DNA of 53,031 nucleotides, filler included, from Trypethelium eluteriae (lineage: Eukaryota): the NCBI GenBank assembly GCA_051942245.1. It is 2 parts of 2 records of this genome, joined end to end, with 100 filler letters (N's around TTAATTAATTAA, not from the genome) between each part and the next. Parts side by side here need not be neighbours in the genome. Positions count along the whole stretch, not along the records: positions 1 to 26,527 come from JAVECL010000352.1; positions 26,628 to 53,031 come from JAVECL010000353.1. One strand, given 5' to 3'. Below the pieces are notes generated by a model. The model saw only the letters and a list, made by a program, of their open reading frames with translations, was not told the origin of the DNA and did not search any database. A program made the translations under genes and the position numbers. Positions 22,861-34,943 of the stretch are shown piece after piece. Position 1 is the first letter of the stretch; each line of letters begins with the position of its first letter.

Positions 22861-24750
22861 ATGGGGATCCACTCTGACAAACAGTCCAAAAACCTGTATG
22901 TTACTAATGGCAGTGCCGCCGATGCCAATTCTCCTACGGCTGAGCGTGATGGCGCTTTCGTACCGAAGAGAGACGAGCAAGGCTACGAAGTACGAGAGCA
23001 AGCAATGGGGACGAAAAAGAGGATTCGCGTGGTACTGATGGGTGCCGGTGCATCTTCGCTGAATTTCTTTAAAAAGGCCGAGGAACAAATGGAGAACATA
23101 GAAATATGCTGTTATGAGAAAAATGCTGACATTGGCGGCACCTGGTTTGAGAATAGATATCCAGGATGCGCTTGCGATATACCAAGTGTTAACTATCAAT
23201 TCAGTTGGAAGATTAAACCTTGGACCCATTATTACTCATACTCTCCAGAGATCTGGGAGTATCTCAAGAGCATTGAGCAAGAAAATGATTTCATTTCAAA
23301 GTTTATCAAGTTGCGCCATCAGATAGAACGTGTGGAATGGGATAATGAGGCAGGTGTATGGAGGTTTGATATCCGAAACCTCGAGACCAACGAAATTACC
23401 CACGATGCTGCCGAATTTTTCATCAACGCTGGTGGCGTCTTAAACTCTTGGAAGATGCCTGATATTCCCGGGCTGCAGGAGTTTAAGGGAAAGTTAATGC
23501 ATTCGGCTCGATATGAAGAAGGGTATGATTTGACGGGAAAGCGAGTAGCAGTCATTGGTGCGGGAAGCAGCGGTGTCCAGATTGTTGCGTCGATACAGAA
23601 GAAAGTCTCTAAGCTCTATTCATGGATTCGAAGCCCGATCTGGATAACAGCTGGATTTGCACAGACATGGGCTGGAAAGAATGGAGCGAACTTTGCTTGT
23701 GAGTGCCTGTTCAGTCTTTGACATCCAGTGGATCCTAGCAATACTGATTGCCCGCTTAAAGATACGCCAGAACAACTTCAATTCCTGGAGCAAAATCCGA
23801 AGAAATACCTGGAATACCGCAAGCAAGTGGAGAATGAACTCAATCAACGGTTCAAATTTATCATCAAAGGATCAGAAGCGGCTCGCAATGCTCGCGAATA
23901 CTCTTATAACGAAATGGCGACCAAGTTGAAAGGGGATCCTCGCCTGTGTGACAAGGTCATTCCGAAAAACTTCAATCCAGGATGTAGGAGGCCAACCCCC
24001 GCTCCAGGATATTTGGAAGCTCTTGTTGCAGAGAACTCTACAGTTTTCACGGATCCTATCGGTAGAATCACGCCTTCTGGCTTCACGGACCACGAAGGTA
24101 AAGAACATGAAGTTGATGTAATAATATGCGCGACTGGTTTCGATACCTCGTGGCTTCCTCGTTTCCCGTTCATCGCCAATGGTGTGGATTTGCGAGATAT
24201 GTGGGGAGGACCAGACGGTGTTACGTCGTATCTCAGCCTAGGCATTCCTACATTCCCTAATCATTTCACCTTCTGCGGACCCTACGGACCTTTGGGCCAT
24301 GGAAGTTTTATGCCGCTTATTGAGCGGTGGACACAGTATATGTTCGATGTCATTTCCAAGGTCCAAGTTGAAAATATCAAATCACTTACCCCACGCTTGA
24401 AAGTTGCACAACAGTTCCGCCAACATGCTGATCTTTTTCTCAAACGTACCGCTTGGATCAGTCCATGCCGGAGCTGGTTCAAGCAAGGCAAGACAGACGG
24501 GCAAGCAGCCATATATCCAGGGTCACGGTTGCATTTTATGGAAATCATGAAACAACCTCGTTACGAAGACTTTGACATAGAATATTGGGACGAGAACCAG
24601 TTTGCCTTCATGGGCAACGGATTTGAGGTAAGAGAATTTGATGGACGAGATATTACCAATTATCTAGGTCTGCTAGACGGCGTGGATAAGCAGCCAGAAT
24701 ATGGAGAGGAGCTGATGCAAAAATTAGCTGGTTGGGCGGTGGGTAAGTAG
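22861..24750 (+). CDS. Class B flavoprotein / Baeyer-Villiger-type monooxygenase (StcW-like), ~608 aa, 2 exons
   Basis: Exons 22861-23698 and 23762-24750 (GTGAGT..AAG intron). Motifs GGTWFENRYPGCACD, FKGKLMHSARY, VAVIGAGSSG and ICATGFD. Confidence 0.92.
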
Positions 24751-26019
24751 ATGCACTCCTTGACACAATGAAAGGCTTGGTCTCTTCGTGATATTTTAGT
24801 TGCTCATCTGTTTCGGCTTGTAAATTCGGGATTGAGGTGGAAATACTGGATGCATCCACGTATGTATCTCCGTCACGCCATTACAGTCTCTCCTTGACCG
24901 GTGTATTTTGGCTTTAGTACGGACTCGTGTACCGTTCGAAATGACTCAAGGTCAAGTGAGCAAGAACAATGGTACGGTAAGCTGCGCTATTTTGGAAATG
25001 TACCAAACTGCTCTCCAGAATCATCACACTATCTAGAGTTGCTAGCCTTGACTTGTAATGATTTTTCAATGTGGGAGCAGAGCCAATGGTGCCATCTTTA
25101 AGTCTTGTGCCTATTCAGATGAATCTCGGGAATTTGATTGAAATTCAGAGTTGGCCTCTTGATCTGCAGGGGATATGGAGTAATTAATAAGGATCTTTCC
25201 GAACGAGTCGGAGGACAAGCTGAGTCGAGGCGGAGTGAGATGAAACTGAACGCTTGACCGAAAGTGGGAAAAACATGGTGACACGGCCACCTACACGCCA
25301 CCATTTTGACCACTAGGGCCTGACATAAGCAACTACCGTACTCTCCTGCACCACAACTATTGCGAATACCGCCCCCACTATTCAGCTGCAAGAAGGTGGG
25401 ACCATCATTCAGAAATCCAGATAACACTACTCCGTAACTCCTTAACTTCGCCGCGATCAGCGGGCGGCAGAAATACTCCGAATGTGACCGACATCGCACA
25501 GATGGCATGCAACAATGCCAACCAGATTCCCTAGGCAAGCAGCCCAGCCATGCAGCTCCTCCCGAAATGGGAAACGTTGGCGAGTTGGACAGGCTGAAGG
25601 CACAAAGAAAAACCAACAAAGTAAGGATACTCCGCTGGCTGAAGCCCAAAGGTAAATCTACGACAGGCGAAGCTGACCGCCGCCATCAGTAATTATGCAC
25701 TGCCCAATCTGAGACGCTTCCACAGCAGACCCGCCAGGGAATCCTTCAATCTCAATGTATATTCATAGCGGACTTCGTTTCGAGCTCGCAAAGCTATGCG
25801 CCCTAGTGCAGTCTAGCTACACAGTCTAGAACATTGGTGAATTGATATGAAGCACCCTTCAAGATCTCGTCATTGCTCACAATGCCCTAGGTAGACATCC
25901 TTCCAAGCTTTCACGATCGACGCTTCAATCGGACCCCTATCGACTCTCAACGAGTATTGCGACTTCATAGCATAACAATCCTTGCTGGAATAGAGTGGAC
26001 CTCTCAGCACTGGACAGCT

Positions 26020-26444
26020 ATGTCATCCAAACGCGTCCTGGAAGTCCCTGAACTCCTTGAAAGCATCCTCTCTCACCTCAGTCTTCCCGAACTCCTGTAC
26101 GTCCATCAAAACCTTCCCACTTACTCCAAAACCTCAAAGCTTACCACTCGCTCGTTCAACCTAGTCTCTCACAGCGTGTCTCCCGCACCTGGGCCTACCT
26201 CATCGCCTCCTCCCCCTCCCTCCAACGCCGCCTCTTCTTCCTCCCCGACTGGTCGAACTGCATCCCCTCGTCCTCCTTCTCCGCCCCCCCACCCAGCGCC
26301 ACAACCACAACCACGGAACCGCATGTGGTGATTGCTTTTAGGTCTCTCACGACGCCCCAGCATCTTTCTCCAGATCTGGACCTTGAAACTTGCAGATCTA
26401 GAGCTACTGGCAGTTGGGGTCTAGCTCTCTACTCTGTGAAGTAG
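26020..26444 (+). CDS. Fungal F-box protein; 3' end uncertain near the contig end
   Basis: Exon 26020-26096, intron 26097-26164 (GTACGT..TAG), giving MSSKRVLEVPELLESILSHLSLPELLLSQRVSRTWAYLIASSPSLQRRLFFLPDW, a typical fungal N-terminal F-box. The frame stops at TAG 26442-26444, but composition changes abruptly after ~26330. Confidence 0.75.
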
Positions 26445-26527
26445 ATGTAAAGATCCTTGTAGCAGCCATACGTACGGAACATCACTTTCGTAGGAAACGC
26501 GATCTTTCGGCAATTGAAGGAGAGCGC

Positions 26528-26627
26528 NNNNNNNNNNNNNNNNNNNNNNNNNNNNNNNNNNNNNNNNNNNNTTAATTAATTAANNNNNNNNNNNNNNNNN
26601 NNNNNNNNNNNNNNNNNNNNNNNNNNN
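26528..26627. other. Artificial contig-joining spacer: N44 + TTAATTAATTAA + N44
   Basis: Exactly 100 nt. The core 26572-26583 is palindromic and gives stop codons in all six frames. Confidence 0.95.
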
Positions 26628-26696
26628 GGAAGGCAGGGGGAATTCAGAGGAGGTGAAGGGGACTGAGAAAGGGGGGCCAAGGGATAGCAAGCATAC

Positions 26697-29600
26697 CTTT
26701 GAGCCAGCTTTTGCCCGTCCATTCGATGGTGAAGTTCATGATGATGCGGGTAGAGTTCTCGGGACCCCACATGAGGCAGTAGCGAGTCTTGACTACGAAG
26801 GCGTTGCCGCTGGGGACGTCGGGGTTCTGGGTGGAGCAGTCCACTGATACGGCCTTTTCGAGGTCGAACGCATTCATCGTGTTGTTCAAGATGCACTTTG
26901 TCTGCTTCGGTCCTATCGAAGCATTCAGAGGTTTCATGTAGCTGTAGCTGAAGGTCTTGTTCTCCAGATTCATGCCACCGGGCGCACTATCAGCCCAGTT
27001 CAAATCCCAGTTTCGCTGATCATCAACCAGCCATTTCTTCATGAAGACTGATGACCCAGGCCCGAACATGAGCGAGTAGATCTTGCCGAGGGGAGCTGGG
27101 ACCGTCGTGTCAATGAGTAACTTGTCGTAATGTGTATCTGTATCGCCACACGTAGTCGGCTCATGCATGGGCGAGCCAGGATAGTCCGCGCTGACAGCGG
27201 CACCAGTGGTCGCCGGGTCCATAGCCTCGGTCTGTTTGCTGCTCGTTGTGTGTCCGCCGGGCGGTGCTGGTGTTGTCGCTACCGCCGGAGCAGAGGTTTT
27301 CCTGCTGAGGGTTCGAATTGCATCTCCTAGCTCGCTTTCCTCAATACTGGCTTCCCTACGGCCGTTGAGACTGCTCGCAACTTCATCATCGTCCTCTGCG
27401 TCTTCATCGTAGACTTCATCCTCGGAACCGTCAAGCGAAGCGTCCTCGGTCGCAACAGACTCAGCCTTCTCAGTCTTATCGCCCGTCCCCGAATCGTCGA
27501 GTGTAACGCCATTAACGGAACTCTTGAGATTGGGGTGGCTGATCTTCCATATTCCGATCAGTAAATCGTATGTAGAATCGCGAGCGACAAAGCTTGCAAA
27601 AACATTCCTCGCATGTAGCGTCTGAATTACGATGGCATTTGGAAAGATGACAGCCGTATTCTTCTTTTCTACCGATACCACCTCATCGAAGCTAATGACC
27701 AGATTGGTGACCCAGCCAAGAATGTTGCTAGAGAAACAGATGTGACCCTCAGAGACGTATAATCTTCCATGAAGAAGGATGTCGCGCTGCAAAGCAGCGC
27801 TGTAGTCTTCGATTAGATAATCATCCTCGGGCACGCTGCGGAAGAGGTGATGAAATTCACGGTTTCGCTTGCTGCTCGCCACAGCAAATCCAGTTGGTGT
27901 TCTGCCATTCGTGGACGCCCCCACATTCGCAAGAGCATTTGTCATTCCCATCAAGCCAGCGCCAATCGTAGTCTGAGAGGTTGTTGCAGAGCTGCCTCGA
28001 TGCCTTCGCCTTCTTCTTCCACTGATTTTACTCCGAACACTCCCACTTCGCAAGATACCGACGCCATCTGGCTCCATCGACGGCGGCCTTGGTGGCGTAG
28101 CATCTCCATCAACTCTTGATATTGAAAGTGGCCGCTTCACAAGAGGCTCAGATACTACCGAAGAATCATCCGCCACGACGGGAGGTTTTTCGTAGGCAGC
28201 AGATATTGCCCGTGCGGCTTGCTGATCCTCCACGCTCGCAGCCGCCTCGTCCTTGCGAATTGTGGAAACAGACTTATCAGGAAGATCTGCCACCGACGTT
28301 AAAGGATTTGAATCCGTATTTTCATCGATTCCGAGATGACTCAGGCTCAAATCGCCACTTCCAAGAGTCTCAACAGCAAGTTGTCGCCTTTCTGATGCCT
28401 CGTCCTCTGTACCGTTCTCAACTCCGGAAATGCCATTTGTTGTTTCCTCAGGTATATCCTCTATTCTCTCAGGCTCCGGCACTCCAAGAGCAGCTTTACC
28501 TTTCTGTCCTTGCCCAATAGTACTAGGGTTGATACTGTTACTGAATTGGTTCGCAGCATGCTGCGCAGCCGAAAACATTGACGAGAAGAATCCTCCTGCA
28601 TTGTTAGGGTGTACCAGAGATCCGCCAGGTGTTTTTGCCTCTTCTACCGTGGGCGCGAGAGAGGGTGGTTGTTTTGATAAACTACTTTTGGGGTTTGTAG
28701 AAGAACGTGCCCGCTTGTGCGATATTTGATTTCCAGACGCAGATACTACAATGTTTGGATTGCTCTGTTGAGATCTGGTAGGTGAGCCGTTTTCCTCTGC
28801 AGAGTCATCCTTGGCCAAGCTAGCAGCTTTAGCAGAAGTAGGGGTGGGCGGAGTCACTAGCGTCGCAGGTGCTGTTGGTTTTTGAGGTGGAGTACTAGGG
28901 ACAACATTGCCATTGGAGACACCATTGGGACTAGAACCTTGGGTAGCATGTTCCACCAAGGCAGGCGAAGACTGAGCGTGTGGTGTCAGGAGCCGCTCCG
29001 ATCGCTCTTCGCTCGATTTCTCGGAAAGAACAGGCAGTTCAACATTGCTGTTCCTTTCGTCGTTATCATCTTCTTCTTCCTCTTCCGAGTCAGCGCTCTC
29101 CCTTCTGTTCCCAACACCATGACTGCTGTTCAACCTCCTCTCGCTCTCCCCGGACTTGTCTGAAGCCGAATCCGATATGAGGGATCTGGGCTCTGTGGAC
29201 CTCCTTTTGAAAGCTTGTTTGATTTTGTTTGCAGGGGAGGAACTGCGCTTTCGCAGGACCGGAGCTTTGAGCGTACTGGCGTGTTTGGGAGCCAGGATGT
29301 CGAGAGACTGCGATGCAGACTGATCTTTTGTAGAACCGACAGTGGCTTCAGTCGAAGCGACTGGACTGAGCTGAGCTGACGCAATGAGAGGTGAAGACAG
29401 AGTCAAATACCCGACATGTGAATGATGTGGGGAAATCGATGGTCGTGTGGGGGCTGGTCTGCGGTGTAGAGATGGAAGTCAGCCAAGAGCAACAGCGGAA
29501 GCTTGAAAGGCGATGTAATTAACAGATATGCAGTCAAATTGTAGGCTGCCAGAATTAACAGCACATATTCCCGACTTGCACTGCGGGTGTTGAAGTGGTG

Positions 29601-30150
29601 AGGTGGTCGCTGTTGTAGCTAACGCACAGCTCCACTCCGCGCTTTGGGGGCGCCGCTGGTGCCGCCGCCAACATAACCGGGAGCCCCATGCATCAGTCCG
29701 AGTAGATGAAACCGATCTCACTCACACTTCAACGTCCGAATCTTCTGTCAATAGACTGCTTCCTCCGCTATGATCCTGATCGAGTGATTCTTGGCTTGGA
29801 TTGACATGCGAAGTTTGGTCCTCGGTGGAGCTGACAACTCCTTCGGCGGTATTTGGCCTGTTGTCATGACGTACCGCTTCTCTACCACCCTTACGCCTCC
29901 TCCGCTTTGTCTTGGAAATAAGTCTTGACAGCTTCGTGGAATCCTCACTATTGCGATGTAGCCCAGATTCTTCGCTTGAGATACGAATATTGTCCTTGAA
30001 CTTATCAATTGCTCTGTCAATGGATCCTCGAGTGCCAGCACGGTCCAAGGATGAGGTTTCGTTGGCAGTTGAAGCCCTCGAGAGGTCGTTGTAATCCTTG
30101 CTGCCTCTGCGGACTTTGAGGACTCTTGCAATTCCTTCTGACGGAGCCAT
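26697..30150 (-). CDS. YSP2: GRAM + VASt/StARkin membrane-contact-site sterol transfer protein (Ysp2/Lam/Ltc family), 3'-truncated by the contig end
   Basis: Exon 30150-29726, intron 29725-29459 (GTGAGT..CAG), exon 29458-26697, then donor GTATGC at 26696 running into the gap. GRAM domain FHHLFRSVPEDDYLIEDYSAALQRDILLHGRLYVSEGHICFSSNILGW; VASt domain YMKPLNASIGPKQTKC...TQNPDVPSGNAFVVKTRYCL...EWTGKSWLKG. The C-terminal TM region is missing. Confidence 0.88.
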
Positions 30151-30808
30151 ACCGTTGCGAGAACACTGGAGATAAGCCGAAGTTTTGCTTGTAGTTATGG
30201 ATGTTGGATGCTGGGCAGTGAAGTCAAGCCAAGGCTAAATGCGATCGCTGAGTGGTGGCCTTAGGAGAAACATGCCAAAAGCGACTCTCCAACGTCCGAG
30301 TGGGCACTCGATGGTGCTACGAGTTAAATTGCGTTAGAAGCACAAGTCTAGCCATGAGCGCAGGGCCTCAGCTTTGCCATAGGGCCGCAAGTCTCGCCGT
30401 AACGAGAAGTCGATCACAGTTGAAGGTAGCGCCACTTGCAGACGCAGCTCATAGCCAAGTCTGGTAGTAGTTTGCAATGAGTGCACCTGCTGTTCGGAAA
30501 ATACGTAAAACTACGTAACCTACCTAACTAAGCTACATGTAGCCGCCTGCTCAATGCCAGCGTAGCTGCCACCCCTGTCGGTGCAGCTGTGCACACGCGA
30601 CTGCGGAGTATTGGATGTGTTTCCGAATGGCATTCTTCACGTCACGCGGTTCCCGATCAACGACTACCTGGGCAGGCACGGAGTACATACCTACGTCCCG
30701 GTTCCCTGGGCTCACAAACACATCAGTGTTCGTGGTTATAGCCTCGCGGCGATGTTTTTTGACTTTTAAACACAGCAGTACCACGCTTCAATCTACGTCT
30801 TTATTGAT

Positions 30809-32560
30809 ATGGAGGCAGCTCCGTTAACTTTGGTATGCGTCTCTACCGCACGCTTTGCCCACAAGGTACTGTTCGCTAACCTATACATAGGCGCATTCGC
30901 ATGCTCGCGTCGCGTCTCTTGAGATTCAAAAGTCTAACGCCACTGTCGCCAGTAAAGAACATGAGCTTGCCGCAGGAGAATTCGCAAAAGCGGCTGAGCA
31001 TACACGGGATACGGAGGTACGGCGCTGTCCGTCGACAGTTTGAGACCATGGATAACTGAAGACATGTTGTAGGCATTTCGAATACTGAAGCTGCTGGAAG
31101 ATCACCATCATCATCTGTCCAGAATCCTCAAATCGGACTCAAAAGTGCCGCTGGCGACTCCGAAGGTCGACAAGGATCAAGATCAGGATCAAGGCACAGC
31201 CCTACCAACAACTCCTGAGCCTCCGAAAAATGAGACCGCAGCAACTCCACCAACTCTTCGTTCACCCTCTCCAGAACTGAAGGCCAAGTCTCCATCCGAA
31301 GCTCTTTCCCAGCGCAGAGCTTCCCGGAATGTGCCTTCGTCAATAGCAAGCAATTTAGCCTCAGCGCGTGGTATACCATCTAGTCAAAAACGTCGCCCAC
31401 AACCTGTGTCTCCTGCTTTGTCAACAAACAATGTCGAAGGGAAGATATCCAATGATCCTTCACACCAGTTATCTCCAATAGCACGAAGGGAACTTGCGCA
31501 ACAGCGTCTTTCAGGCCGAGCACTGAGTGCGAAGACGTCTCCGGGGAGTCGGGTCACTTCAGAGACAATGCCCAATGCCTTGACTGCTGACGAAACTAAT
31601 TCCAAAGTTTCAACCCCGCTGAACGCAGCTCAGCAATCCAGTGACGACTCGTTTCAAAGGTTTTACTCAAATATCAGGGAGCGTATCTCCTCCTTACCCT
31701 CATATCTTGCATTCGCTGGTCTTCCTCTTTCCCCTTCGTCCGAATCTACAAACGATGCACCATCTTCGACCTATTCGAATAAGATACCAATAGACAAAAC
31801 CACTACGAACACCCGTGGCCGTACTGAGGCAAATCTGAATAACATCTTTTCAGGCGCAGCTCTTCGTGCCGTTAAAGATGATAATGGTAACGGCTTCGGG
31901 GGCGCGGAAAGCTTTTACGTTGTTCCATCAACAGGAGGAACAGTCTCATACGCTGGCATCCTTGGCCGAGAAGATTCTGGACAGCGCATGCGTCTATCTA
32001 ATGGTAGCACAGGTGAGGGAGAGGGTTCGGATGAATTCGTAGACGCCCTGGAAAAGCCACAGCCGAGCAGTCCAAGGGCCAGCCGGAATCGAGAAGGTAT
32101 CATACACGGTCTCAACGAAAAGGGGAAGAAGACGACGGAGGAGCTTTTATTGGAGAACAGCAATTTGAAGAAAGGAATTGATATCTTAAGTAGTAGACTC
32201 GCTCAGTGGGAAGTCGGTAGCCAGGCCCAAAGCATGGCACTCAGGCAAAGCGTTATGGCAGGCAGGACAGGAGGAGCAGCAATTGAAGGAGGGTCCGACG
32301 AGCCAGCAGGTGAAGGCAATGATGGACTCAATGCTAAAGCCAAAGGAAAAGCTGAAGACACAACTGTTGCAGTCGTCCAAGACCAGGCTTCTCAGGAAGA
32401 GAGGAAGAAGCTCGAGGAGAGGATTGGCAAATTAGAACGGGAGAATGAGAAGCTTCTCTCAGTAGTTGTTCGTTATAGGGAGAGATGGGAGAAGTTAAAA
32501 GAGGGAGCAAGAACCCGACGAGACACAGGAGCAAAAGTCGAAGAAAGTAATCAATTATAG
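30809..32560 (+). CDS. MIT-like + coiled-coil protein, candidate Atg38/NRBF2 homologue, ~545 aa, 3 exons
   Basis: Exons 30809-30832, 30891-31016 and 31073-32560 join in frame (MEAAPLTL|AHSHARVASLEIQKSNATVASKEHELAAGEFAKAAEHTRDTE|AFRILKLLEDHH). C-terminal coiled coils (KKTTEELLLENSNLK; LERENEKLLSVVVRYRERWEKLKEGAR). The gene model is solid; orthology is inference. Confidence 0.8.
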
Positions 32561-33183
32561 CTGTGGTAAAACAATGCCAAAATATTGCTCTCGCCCGATT
32601 CCTACTTCAATCACGCATGACACGAGCTTTTTGTTCGTATTTGTCGCATCATACCCAGCATTCTACCTTACTGCGGTCGGGAGGCTCTTCAACTGGTAAT
32701 ACATTTTATTAATGGTTCGCGTTCATATGAGCCACCGTGGTTATAACAGTAAAGTTGCAATAACATGGATTGCATTTATCACCATTTGAGTAACCACCCG
32801 ACCGCGATAAGGTACTTTGTAGAGCGTCTTCTCCCACAAATGCTCCGTAGCTAGAAGTACCAAAATATAGTTGAACGGTGAAAGTATTTGGCGTCTCCAT
32901 AAAGGACTTAGAAGAGATGCATATACTCGTCTTGTGTTCCTCGGAGATGCTCCAGTGTCGAAATTTTTGTGCAGTGTGTGACGAATGCGGCCCTGGAGCC
33001 ATGACGCTACCCGTAGGATAGTTTGCAGTGAGAACTTCTAGCGCCGTCTCCTCGACTTCTCTCACAACTGCGAAACCCCAGCGATCACAACCCACCAACT
33101 ATAGCGAGCTCCTCAATTTACAATTGCCTGACCAGGGCGAGCGTCTACGGACTCCATTGTTTCTGAACAACGTAACCGCGCTT

Positions 33184-33445
33184 ATGCGTTGTTTCCAGAC
33201 TATCTATACGTCGCAGGTAAGGTCCAACGCCCTGTCGTAGTCACCGCCATTCCACTTGCCTCTAAAGTTGAACGAAGCGAGCATTGGGGCGGCGTTTCGT
33301 GCTAAGCGATACCGTCCAAAATAAAATGACTGACATTGCATCAACAGGACTATATCTCTGGTATGTGCGATAACAGCGAAAGGCCATGAACCTCTTCGCT
33401 AAGTGGATTTTTGCAGACCACGTCTGGAAGGCTTCAGTGAACTAA
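33184..33445 (+). CDS. Arginine attenuator peptide (AAP) uORF, 24 aa, 3 exons: MRCFQTIYTSQDYISDHVWKASVN
   Basis: Exons 33184-33216, 33348-33360 and 33417-33445; introns GTAAGG..CAG and GTATGT..CAG with CTGAC/CTAAG branch sites. Matches the AAP core of N. crassa arg-2 (TSQDYLSDHLWRA) and yeast CPA1 (TCQDYISDHIWK). The stop codon is 36 nt before the CPA1 ATG. Confidence 0.95.
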
Positions 33446-33481
33446 GGCATTGAACACGCTACTTAATATCTTTACGATACA

Positions 33482-34943
33482 ATGCTTGGGCGTATCTTCC
33501 GACCGGTAGGACCTACGGTCCCGGCTGCCCTCGCTCGCAGCTGGAAAGTTGGCCCACCGGCTCGATTTTTGGCTACTGTTGGAGAAAATACGAATCGAGT
33601 TTTGTCACCGCGTAAGCCGCGAGCTACACCTGTTTCTCATGAGCGGGCAACCTTCACGATCAGAGTGAGAGCCGAACGAACAAGAATCAACACCGGTCTC
33701 CAACTATTTGCTAACCACCTTTTCTTAGGATGGACCCATATTTCACGGCAAATCTTTTGGTGCGAAATCCAACATCTCGGGGGAAGCCGTCTTCACGACT
33801 TCTTTGGTTGGATATCCTGAGTCTATGACCGACCCCTCATACCGTGGACAAATCTTGTGCTTTACCCAGCCTCTGATTGGGAATTATGGCGTCCCCTCCT
33901 CCGCCAGAGATGAGCATGGCCTTCTCCGATATTTCGAATCTCCCAATATACAGGCATGTGGTATTGTTGTTGCCGACGTTGCCGAACAGCATAGTCATTG
34001 GACTGCCGTTGAGAGCCTCGGTGAATGGTGCGCTAGGGAAGGCGTGCCAGCCATCTCAGGGGTCGACACGAGGGCAATCGTGACCCATCTCAGAGAACAA
34101 GGTTCATCTCTGGCTAGGATAACTGTTGGAGAAGAATATGACGCCGACGAGGATGAGGCATACGTGGATCCAGAGGGTATCAATCTGGTACGAAGGGTGA
34201 GCACAAAGGCTCCCTTTCACGTGAGCTCCTCAGGCGATCTCCACATTGCCCTCATCGACTGCGGTGTCAAGGAAAATATCCTCCGCAGTCTGGTACGTCG
34301 AGGTGCGAGCGTCACCGCTTTTCCTTATGATTACCCTATCCACAAAGTCGCCCATCACTTCGATGGGATTTTCATCTCAAACGGCCCTGGCGATCCAACG
34401 CACTGCCAACAGACTGTGTATCACCTACGCCAGATCATGAACAATTCTCAGCTACCCATCTTCGGCATCTGCCTCGGACATCAGCTACTCGCGCTTGCCG
34501 CTGGAGCTCGGACGATAAAACTCAAATATGGCAATCGTGCTCATAATATCCCCAGCCTCGACGTCACAACGGGCAGATGCCACATTACCAGCCAAAATCA
34601 CGGCTACGCTGTTGATACTGCGACGTTACCCCCACAGTGGAAAGAATTCTTTGTCAATCTCAATGACTCGAGCAACGAGGGAATGATCCACACCTCCCGC
34701 CCAATTTTCAGTACCCAGTTTCATCCTGAAGCCAAAGGAGGACCGCAGGACTCCTCGTATCTCTTTGATGTGTACCTGGACAATGTGAGACAGCTGAAGA
34801 AAACACAGGCAGTGCTACAGCCGGAGAAGGATACAAGGCCGAGCCCGTTGCTGGTCGACCTGCTCTCCAAGGAAAGGGTAGGTGTGCAACCGGGAGTGCC
34901 GGAATTCAAGCACCAGCCGGCTGCCGTGGCTGCAGCGGCATAA
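33482..34943 (+). CDS. CPA1: Carbamoyl-phosphate synthase arginine-specific small subunit (arg-2/cpa1), ~465 aa, 2 exons
   Basis: Exons 33482-33664 and 33729-34943. Basic mitochondrial-type presequence, [26 protein letters not shown], and GATase motifs [15 protein letters not shown] (catalytic Cys) and QFHPEA. Confidence 0.97.

Noticed and set aside
26572..26583. TTAATTAATTAA palindrome as a biological site (e.g. transposon TTAA target)
   Set aside because: Symmetrically embedded in Ns to total exactly 100 nt; it is a synthetic linker.
29459..29725. 267-nt (3n) Ysp2 intron as a second exitron
   Set aside because: Retention meets an in-frame TGA immediately at 29722-29724.
32600..33180. Gcn4/CpcA sites upstream of CPA1
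   Set aside because: Only imperfect variants such as TGAGTAA near 32786; no canonical TGACTC seen.
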